64,000 nucleotides of DNA, from assembly GCA_963823655.1 (NCBI GenBank), contig CAWGMK010000013.1, positions 448,001 through 512,000 on the forward strand, written 5' to 3'. Below the pieces are notes generated by a model. That model saw only the letters and a program-made list of their open reading frames with translations. It ran no database searches and was not told where the DNA came from. A program made the position numbers and the translations under genes. The stretch comes from an uncultured Bacillota bacterium. Lineage in GTDB: Bacteria > Bacillota > DTU025 > MWDF01. Positions 33,090-40,803 of the stretch are shown here, one piece after another (position 1 is the first letter of the stretch; every line of letters begins with the position of its first letter).

Positions 33090-33788
33090 ATGGTGGAGAG
33101 GCTCATGGGCAATGGGCTCGATGAAAAGATGGCAGCCAAGCTCGAAGGGCTGATCGGCCGCATGGCAGGCGTTATCGCCGCCAAAGTGATCACCGACAGC
33201 TCCAGCAGGCCTGTCGAAATCCACGTCCTCACGAACCTCCAGAGGACTCCCAAGCAGGTGGCAAGGGATGTGCAGTCCTGCGCGGCGTCTGCTTGCGGCG
33301 TACAAGTCGACCACAGGATAATCAGCGTTGCGCAAGTAAGCGACGATGCCGTTGGGGCGCCCGGCGTAAGGCTGAAAATCAAGGGTTTGAGCCTCACTCT
33401 GGACGAAAATACGGTTACGATAAAAGTCGGGCTCACCTACAAGGGTTCCCTCTTCGAGGGCTCATCGTCGGTGATGTCCAAGGCGCAGGGCAAATACGCA
33501 GCGGCGTCGCTTGCCTGCGTAAACTGCCTTCACAAGTTCCTCGGAGTGGATTACGTATTCTCCGTAGTCGATGTGCAGAAAACGAAAATTGCGGGCATGG
33601 ACGCCTTTAACGTAGTGCTCAATCACATTTACGACGGCCGCCAGACGCTTCTGACAGGTGTTGCGCTGGTCCAGGACGATGACTATATGGCGGTGATCAA
33701 AGCAACACTGCATTCGGTTAACAGGGTTCTCGACAAAGCGTGGCGAAATGGCAGGCAAGTCGATCAGGAAGCGAACGCAGATCTTTGA
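33090..33788 (+). CDS. Conserved hypothetical cytoplasmic protein
   Basis: GGAGG RBS then ATG 33090; EIHVL...RTPKQVARDVQS...DHRIISVAQ motif; C-terminal ATL..VNR. Confidence 0.8.
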   Translation: MVERLMGNGLDEKMAAKLEGLIGRMAGVIAAKVITDSSSRPVEIHVLTNLQRTPKQVARDVQSCAASACGVQVDHRIISVAQVSDDAVGAPGVRLKIKGLSLTLDENTVTIKVGLTYKGSLFEGSSSVMSKAQGKYAAASLACVNCLHKFLGVDYVFSVVDVQKTKIAGMDAFNVVLNHIYDGRQTLLTGVALVQDDDYMAVIKATLHSVNRVLDKAWRNGRQVDQEANADL

Positions 33789-33870
33789 TAGCCCAATAAA
33801 AGGCCGGACGTAGCGGAGCGTAACAGCCCATCCACTAGCGAAGATGGAGCAATGGAAAGGGGCTGTTCAA

Positions 33871-33963
33871 ATGCGCAAATTAATGGCAATCATGGGCACC
33901 ATACTCGCCTTCGTGCTGGTAGCTGGTGCCAACTGGAAAATATTGCCTCCTCTTACGAAGTAG
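33871..33963 (+). CDS. Unannotated 30-aa signal-peptide-like precursor MRKLMAIMGTILAFVLVAGANWKILPPLTK
   Basis: GAAAGGGG RBS 8 nt before ATG 33871; basic N-region, hydrophobic core, AGA site, polar tail; TAG 33961-33963; shorter than any ORF in the supplied track. Confidence 0.75.
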   Translation: MRKLMAIMGTILAFVLVAGANWKILPPLTK

Positions 33964-34026
33964 ACAGGCAGCCATAATTAGCGGGATCTGTCCGGTCTTG
34001 CGGGCTATCATCATGTGAGGTCCTAG

Positions 34027-35350
34027 ATGTCCTCTTACAGGTTCAGCGACAAGCACTTCAGGTATCTGGTAATCGCCGCAGGAGCTGCGGCGCTTGTTTA
34101 TGTTACACTAACGCAGCCTATCAAGTTCGACTTTGCGAGCTTCGCATTCCTTGCCCTTATGGCAACGCTTGCGGAATCCCAGCCGGTTGTAACCGACAAG
34201 GACAAGACTATATCGGTCGGTTTCGCCTTCGATTTGTGCGCGCTGCTGCTTTACGGGCCTTTGGCGGCGGCATGGGTCGTATTCATATCGAGCATATTCA
34301 GCATAACCCATGTTAAGAACTGGGGCTACCTGCACATTTTCAATACCCCGCCGGATTATCTGCTTTTCAACGCGATGAATCTGGTCCTGAGCATAATTAC
34401 CTGCGGATATGTCTACCAGCGCATGGGCGGCATCTCGCTGGTTTCTCACGGAAATGCCGCAATTCCTAGCATCGGCGCAGTGCTAGGAAGCCTTGGGAAC
34501 CACGTTTTCAGCATGGTAGTGGCCATAATGGCCCACATAATGGTCAATACCTCGATAATCTCTGTGCACATCTCGATTGCGACCGACCAGAAGGCGATGA
34601 TAGCCTGGGCATACAGCTTCCTCTGGTCCGTCTTCAACCTTCTTATCGTCGGGATGATGGGCGTGACCATCGCCGCGGTTTATACAAGCTATGGCCCGCT
34701 GATGGTCATCTTGTTCATGATCCCCCTGTTATTGGCCAGAAACTTCTTCGTACAGAATGTGAAGATGCGCGAGATCTACCTGAACACTATCATGGCCCTC
34801 ACATCCGCAATCGAAGCCAAGGATATCTATACGCGGGGCCATTCCGAGAGGGTGCAGAAGATCAGTGCAATGATCGCAAAGGAGATGCGCCTGCCGACAG
34901 GGCAGCTCGAAATGCTCAGATATGCCGCCATATTGCACGATATCGGCAAAATAGGAATTAGCGAAGCCATTCTGAACAAACCCGCAAGGCTTACCAAGGA
35001 AGAGTACGCGAAGATCATGGAACACCCTGCAATAGGGGCCAAGATAGTCGAGGAAGTGGACTTTCTCAATAGAGCCTCCAAGATAATTAAGAGCCATCAT
35101 GAGTGTTTCGACGGTTCCGGCTACCCTGATGGGATAAAAGGCTCGGACATTCCGCTTGAAATCGCAGATCCTCTCGGTTGCCGACGCATATGATGCAATG
35201 ACCACCGATAGGCCCTACAGGGAGGCATTCACTGATAGAAGCGCGTGGGAGGAGCTGGAGCGCAAATCTGGCACCCAGTTCTCACCTGAGGTTGTTCGTG
35301 CATTCAGGAAGGCAGTGGACAAGAAGCAGGAGATCACCAATGCTTTTTGA
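34027..35350 (+). CDS. Membrane-sensor HD-GYP phosphodiesterase (1-nt frameshift near 35160)
   Basis: About 7-8 hydrophobic N-terminal segments; AIEAKD.YT.GHS, LHDIGKIG, HP, HHECFDGSGYPDG; removing one A from GAAA at 35158-35161 restores IPLE-SQILSVADAYDAMTTDRPYR. Confidence 0.9.
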
Positions 35351-35921
35351 GTCCGTGTTATTCGGCCTTGCGGCAGGTATACTGCTAGGAGGCAGCATAA
35401 AGGAAATCTTCAGGGCGAGCTTCAGGAGGCTGCCCTTGATTTTCATCGCGGCGGCCATCGATATCATCTTATCCTCTGCTTTTGGCGCGAAGGTTGCGTC
35501 ACTGGGCGATTGGGCGCTTATTGCGGCAACCCTTCTTCAGGCGCTGCTGCTAGCCCTGTTCGTAATATCCAATATCGGCATGCCGGCGCTTTGGCTAATA
35601 GGCCTTGGTGGGATCATGAACTCGGCGGCCTCCGCCTTCAACTGGGGCAGGATGCCGATAAGCCCGCAGATCCTCGAAATCGCGCCGGACTCGCCTTACA
35701 CATTGGCATTGCTCGCAGGTAAAGTACACAATTACGCCTTAGCGACGGAGCAGACTAGGTTGCTTTTCCTGTCCGATATAATCAACTTCAGAGGATTTAC
35801 CCTGTATATGATAAGCGCCGGCGACATTGTGACGTCTGCCGGGCTTATAGTCCTTATAATTTCGCTTATGCTGCCTCAAAACAGAAGGCCTGCAAGCTTC
35901 GATGATGGCCATCGTCAATAA
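35340..35921 (+). CDS. DUF5317-like membrane protein
   Basis: ATG overlaps the end of the HD-GYP gene by 11 nt; GG.MN...N.GRMP, L.FLSDII and ISAGD motifs. Confidence 0.75.
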   Translation: MLFESVLFGLAAGILLGGSIKEIFRASFRRLPLIFIAAAIDIILSSAFGAKVASLGDWALIAATLLQALLLALFVISNIGMPALWLIGLGGIMNSAASAFNWGRMPISPQILEIAPDSPYTLALLAGKVHNYALATEQTRLLFLSDIINFRGFTLYMISAGDIVTSAGLIVLIISLMLPQNRRPASFDDGHRQ

Positions 35922-35933
35922 GAAAAGTTCGGA

Positions 35934-37511
35934 CTAGTCTTGCCGCCCGGGCTCACCTTCGGCTAGCTCAATGCCTGATTTCGTAAAGTCTCCATAGAAT
36001 TCGGCTTCCGCCTTGAAAGTTATGGTGAGCTCCCTCACCTTCCCGCCTTTGAAACTGTCCTTTGAACCCATCAACACCAATTCACCAATCGGCCTTGCCG
36101 CCGCCTTTTCAAACAACCTTGCTGCGGCCTCGCTGACAGCTTCGCCTGGCTTCGCGTATGTCCACGGCAGCTCGGCCTTCTGGGCAGCGCCCCTTTTTAC
36201 GACAGCATGCTTTCCCCCTGCGCTGATTATTACCCTCACCTTTATGCGAACCGGCTCATATCTCGCCTGCTCCGATGGGGTATAGTACACCGAACCTACG
36301 AATTCGTCTGGCAGGTATTGCTGCTCTACCCAGCCCCCCGGGAAATCGTGGGGGTATTTGTACCCTATGCCTTTGCCGATCTTCTCCGCGCCCTTGTATC
36401 CTCCGGACTGCAGGTGTGCGGGCACCTGCCCCAGCGGCTTGTTCTTTAGATCCTCGATGGCGGCATCAATCGCCGACACGACGGCGTTGCTCTTCGGGGC
36501 GGTTGCAATGTGCAATGCGGCCTGAGCCAGCGTAATCCTCGCCTCGGGCAATCCGACATGCTCTACTGCATATGCCGCAGACGCTGCTACCATCAGCGCT
36601 GTTGGATCCGCCATACCGACATCCTCGGAAGCGTGGATCAATATCCTTCTTGCTATGAACCTCGGATCCTCGCCGGACTCGATCATCCTCGCAAGGTAAT
36701 GGAGCGCTGCGTCCGGATCCGATCCTCTCATGCTCTTTATGAAGGCCGATATGACATCGTAGTGTATGTCGCCCTGCATGTCATATTTCAAAAGCGTCCT
36801 GCCAAGTATCTCGGCCACCAGCGCCTTCGTCACAAGCGCATCTTCGGCAACGATTGCTGCCATCTCAAGCACATTGAGCGCTATCCTGGCGTCGCCTCCT
36901 GCGTGAAGCGCTATGTAGGCTATTGCCTCCTGCTCGAACCCGATTCCCGAGCCTCCGAGTCCCCTTTCCTCGTCTTTGGCCGCACGCCAAAGCAGAGTCT
37001 CAAGTGAATCGGTGCCTATGGGTTTAAGCATGAAGATCCTCGATCTTGACACCAAGGGAGCTATAATGTCGAAAAATGGGTTCTCGGTGGTAGCGCCGAT
37101 CAGGCAGATTGAGCCGTCCTCAACGGCCGGCAACAGCGCGTCCTGCTGTGACTTGTTGAACCTGTGGATCTCGTCTATGAACACCACGGTGCGCGTGCCC
37201 TGCATAGCCAGCTCATCCCTTGCTGCACCCACGACGCGGCGTATGTCGGCAACGCCCGAGTAAACGGCGTTCAGCCTTTCGAATTTCGAGCTTGTGAGGT
37301 TGGCGATGACTTCGGCAATCGTAGTCTTGCCCGAGCCTGGCGGCCCGTAAAGTACCAATGAGCCCAGCTTGTCGGACTCTATCGCCTTTCTGAGCGGTTT
37401 GCCTTTACCTAGAAGGTGGTCCTGGCCTACGACCTCGTCAAGGCCCCTCGGCCTCATCCTTGCGGCCAAAGGCATCGCCTCTGTACCTGCTTCGAAGAGC
37501 ATGCGGGCCAA
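35934..37511 (-). CDS. rarA: Replication-associated recombination protein A with C-terminal Nudix-like extension
   Basis: PLAARMRP, GPPGSGKT, FIDEIHRFNKSQQD, GATTENP, HYDVISAFIKSMRGSD, YKYPHDF. Confidence 0.93.
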   Translation of the reverse strand: MARMLFEAGTEAMPLAARMRPRGLDEVVGQDHLLGKGKPLRKAIESDKLGSLVLYGPPGSGKTTIAEVIANLTSSKFERLNAVYSGVADIRRVVGAARDELAMQGTRTVVFIDEIHRFNKSQQDALLPAVEDGSICLIGATTENPFFDIIAPLVSRSRIFMLKPIGTDSLETLLWRAAKDEERGLGGSGIGFEQEAIAYIALHAGGDARIALNVLEMAAIVAEDALVTKALVAEILGRTLLKYDMQGDIHYDVISAFIKSMRGSDPDAALHYLARMIESGEDPRFIARRILIHASEDVGMADPTALMVAASAAYAVEHVGLPEARITLAQAALHIATAPKSNAVVSAIDAAIEDLKNKPLGQVPAHLQSGGYKGAEKIGKGIGYKYPHDFPGGWVEQQYLPDEFVGSVYYTPSEQARYEPVRIKVRVIISAGGKHAVVKRGAAQKAELPWTYAKPGEAVSEAAARLFEKAAARPIGELVLMGSKDSFKGGKVRELTITFKAEAEFYGDFTKSGIELAEGEPGRQD

Positions 37512-37539
37512 ACTGCTAACACTCCCCCCGGTATATAAG

Positions 37540-37716
37540 AAGGCCCCGCGGTGCCGTATTGCGGTGTTTTTCTTCCCTGTCCACGACAGGTGGATGCCCC
37601 ACTCCCAGCTTTTTGGGTCCGCCACTTGGCGGCATGCTAGCCACTGTTAGATGAGGGCTTCCTATTCTTTGCTTGTAGGAAGAAAATCCTGTGCAACACG
37701 TACACTACAGGGTCAA
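37540..37716 (-). ncRNA. ssrS: 6S RNA
   Basis: Minus strand GACCCTGTAGTGTACGTG... pairs with ...TACGGCACCGCGGGGCC; contains GGCATCCACCTG typical of Firmicutes 6S; about 175 nt; immediately upstream of rarA, the usual position. Confidence 0.82.
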
Positions 37717-37807
37717 AGCTTCTGCCTTCATAATACACCCTGAGGCTGCATTTGGTAAGGCTTATAAATGATTTGATATCATTACGAACATCAAAACGCG
37801 TACGTTC

Positions 37808-38383
37808 CTAGAGCTTCCTTGAGCCGGGCTTGTATGGAGCCGAGCCCTGCTTGCATAGAGGGCACTCCTCGGCAGGCCACGAGGCCACTTCCAGCTTCAA
37901 GACGCTGTAGAGCGGATAACCCAAGTCCGCCTTGCCGCCGCTGCGGTCAACAAGGCAGGCGATGCCCACAACTTCGCAGCCCATAGCCTTTGCCAGGTCC
38001 GCCACTTCCCTGGAAGAGCCGCCGGTCGTGACGACATCCTCGCATACCAGCACCCTTTCGCCGGGCTTCAGTGAAAAGCCCCTCCTCAGGCTCATCCTGC
38101 CCTCTTCACGCTCCGCGAATATCGCTCTTGACCCCAGCTTCCTTCCGAGCTCATAAGCAAGCGTAATGCCCCCCATGGCCGGCCCTATCGCAACGTCGAT
38201 TTTCCCGTCGGGAAGCTTCGACGCGATGATTTCAGCAAGCTCGGCGCAAAGCCCCGGGTGCTGCATTACAAGTGCGCACTGAAGATACCTGTCGCTGTGC
38301 CTTCCCGAAGTAAGCAGGAAGTGCCCGTTTAGTATCGCGCTGTTGTCTTCGAACGCTTTGAGTACCTGTTTCTCATCCATCAT
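37808..38383 (-). CDS. pyrE: Orotate phosphoribosyltransferase
   Basis: GHFLLTSGRHS, GPAMGG, VCEDVVTTGGS, KPGSR. Confidence 0.95.
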   Translation of the reverse strand: MMDEKQVLKAFEDNSAILNGHFLLTSGRHSDRYLQCALVMQHPGLCAELAEIIASKLPDGKIDVAIGPAMGGITLAYELGRKLGSRAIFAEREEGRMSLRRGFSLKPGERVLVCEDVVTTGGSSREVADLAKAMGCEVVGIACLVDRSGGKADLGYPLYSVLKLEVASWPAEECPLCKQGSAPYKPGSRKL

Positions 38384-39093
38384 AGCCCGGCCTCCATCTC
38401 CTCGATGATCATCGCAAACGCCGCTGCCGGATCCGCTGCCTTGGTTATCGGCCTGCCGACCACTATGTAGTCGGAGCCCGCCGCCATCGCGTCTTTGGGC
38501 GTGAATACTCTCTTCTGGTCGCCCTTCGCGGACCATTCGGGCCTTACTCCCGGTGTTACGAGCCTGAACCCGGCTCCGAACTGCGCCTTCATCGGCTTTA
38601 TCTCGTGCGGGGAGCATACTACTCCGTCCATGCCGCTATCTTTGGCAATCGCGGCAAGCCTCATTGCAGCAGCGGTCGCCGTGTCGTCCGAGAAGCCTAC
38701 CTTCTTTATATCGGCATCATCCAGGCTGGTAAGTATCGTAACGGCTATCAGGCTTGGCTTATTGCGCCCGGCTGAAGCCTCATCCCTCGCCTTCACTGCG
38801 GCTTGGAGCATCGCAGGTCCGCCCGACGCATGGACGTTCATCATGTCCGCGCCGCTTAGAACTGCCTGGCTGACTGCGCCGGCTACTGTCTGGGGTATGT
38901 CGTGGAACTTCAGGTCCAGGAATACTTCCCTTCCCATCTTCTTAAGAGCGCCCACTGCCGCCCCCGCGCTTGCAAGGTACAGCTCAAGGCCCACTTTGAA
39001 ATGCCTGGCCTCCGGCAACGCCGCAACAAGCGCCTCCGCCTCCTGCCATGTTGGGAAATCGAGCGCCACGATCAGCCTGTCCTCTACCCTCAT
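38380..39093 (-). CDS. pyrF: Orotidine-5'-phosphate decarboxylase
   Basis: LIVALD, KVG, FLDLKFHDIPQT, VTPGVRP, VVGRPI. Confidence 0.95.
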   Translation of the reverse strand: MRVEDRLIVALDFPTWQEAEALVAALPEARHFKVGLELYLASAGAAVGALKKMGREVFLDLKFHDIPQTVAGAVSQAVLSGADMMNVHASGGPAMLQAAVKARDEASAGRNKPSLIAVTILTSLDDADIKKVGFSDDTATAAAMRLAAIAKDSGMDGVVCSPHEIKPMKAQFGAGFRLVTPGVRPEWSAKGDQKRVFTPKDAMAAGSDYIVVGRPITKAADPAAAFAMIIEEMEAGL

Positions 39094-40023
39094 TTTGCAC
39101 CGATCCTTCCCGGGTGCGCGGCCCCCGCCGCCTCCCGTATGTTCTTGATACCTTCCGCCTTGCAATAGCCTTCAAGACCTTCGATGATCCTCGGTATGCA
39201 CATAGGGTCCGCCAGCTGCCCTGTCCCAACTGCTACTGCCGTCGCCCCCGCCATTATGAACTCCAGGGCGTCCTCCCAGCTAGGATATCCCGCCAAGGCC
39301 GATAATCGGCACTTTTACCTTTTGCGAAGCCTGCCATACCATCCTGAGCGCTACCGGCTTTATGGCGGGCCCCGACAGCCCTCCGGTCAAGTTGGCAAGC
39401 ACCGGCTTTCCCGTCCTTATGTCTATCTTCATTCCCAACAGGGTATTTATCATGGAAAGCGCGTCTGCGCCCTCGGCCTCGCACGCCAATGCGATTTCAC
39501 AGATATCCGTAACATTGGGCGAAAGCTTGATTATAAGAGGCATTTTCACCGAGCGCCTTACCTCTTTGACAAGAAGGGCAGCGGTTTTGGCCTCTGCGCC
39601 GAAGGAAAGCCCGCCCTCCTTCACATTTGGGCAGGATATGTTTATCTCCAGGGCGTCCGCCGCCCCCGCTTCTTCTATCGCCGTTGCGACTAAAACGTAA
39701 TCTTCAACCGAGGAGCCCGCGACATTCACGATGATGTTAGTATCGATTGCCGCAAGCTTGGGCGCAATCTGCCCTAGGAATGCCTCCAGCCCGGGATTTT
39801 CAAGCCCGATGGCATTAAGCATGCCGGATGCGGTCTCGCAAATCCTCGGCGGAGGGTTGCCGATTCTAGGAAGCGGCGTTACCGCCTTTACCACGACGGC
39901 CCCCATTATGCCGGGATCGAAGAATTCCTGAAAGCAGTCGCCGAAACCGAAGGTGCCCGATGCGCTCATTACAGGGTTCTTCATTATTAGCCCTGCAAGC
40001 TCTGTTTTTAAAGCGTCGCTCAT
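39090..40023 (-). CDS. pyrD: Dihydroorotate dehydrogenase 1B catalytic subunit (frameshift near 39295)
   Basis: [36 protein letters not shown]. Confidence 0.93.
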
Positions 40024-40791
40024 TTAAGCACCTCCTCAGCTTTGAATACCGGGCCGTCGGCGCAGACCTTCAGCCATCCGGCACCCTTCCTCGCCTCATC
40101 GCAGGTGCAGCCGTTGCACGCCCCGACCCCGCATCCCATGATCGTTTCCAGCGAGACCTGCAAGGGTATGTTATGGAAGGCTGAGCAGGGATTTTACTGC
40201 CTTGAGCATCTGTATGGGCCCACATGCGTAAGCAGAATCGAAGCTTGCATGTTCAAGCAGCTTTTGCAGCGGAGCGGTTACGAAACCTGAATCTCCCAGG
40301 CTTCCGTCCTCGGTGGCGATTACGCAGCTTGTCGCAAGCATGTCCGACTCCATTAGGCACAGCTTGTTGCGCGCTCCGGCGACCAACATTGCTTTACCGC
40401 CCTGCCTTTCGATCTCGTCCTTAAGAAAGAGCAGCGGCGCAATCCCGGTGCCACCGCCTATCAATAAACTGCTTCCCACACTTATTTCAAAGCCCTTGCC
40501 GTAAGGGCCTGAGAGGCTCAATAGATCGCCGGCCCGCGTTCCTGCAAGCCACGCGGTCCCCTTGCCAACGACGGCGAACCTCAGCGTAATCAGCCCTTCT
40601 GGCGTGTTTGCGCCGGAGACTCCGAACGGCCTTCTAAGAAGGCTGTCCTTGGCCCCGGATTCGACCATCACGAACTGCCCGGGCAAAGCCGCGCCTGCAA
40701 TCTCCGGGGCATGAAGTACCAGCCTCCTCATGCCTTCGGCGATTTCACACGCCTCTACGACTTGCGCTTCGTCAATCTGCCACTTTGCCAC
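40020..40791 (-). CDS. pyrK: Dihydroorotate dehydrogenase electron transfer subunit (frameshifted)
   Basis: [28 protein letters not shown]; [10 protein letters not shown]...VCADGPVF in a shifted frame. Confidence 0.9.
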
Positions 40792-40803
40792 TGCCCGGAC
40801 CTC

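Noticed and set aside
33871-33963. Canonical AgrD or RiPP precursor
   Set aside because: No Cys-containing ring motif or acidic AgrD tail, no double-glycine leader, and no AgrB or modifying enzymes nearby
37512-37625. N-terminal extension of RarA given in the ORF track
   Set aside because: It overlaps the 6S RNA; the RBS points to a start at 37511 or 37502
39280-39300. Programmed frameshifting or stop-codon recoding in pyrD and other split genes
   Set aside because: Breaks are scattered indels without shared slippery sites, and no in-frame TGA/TAG with SECIS-like context was seen
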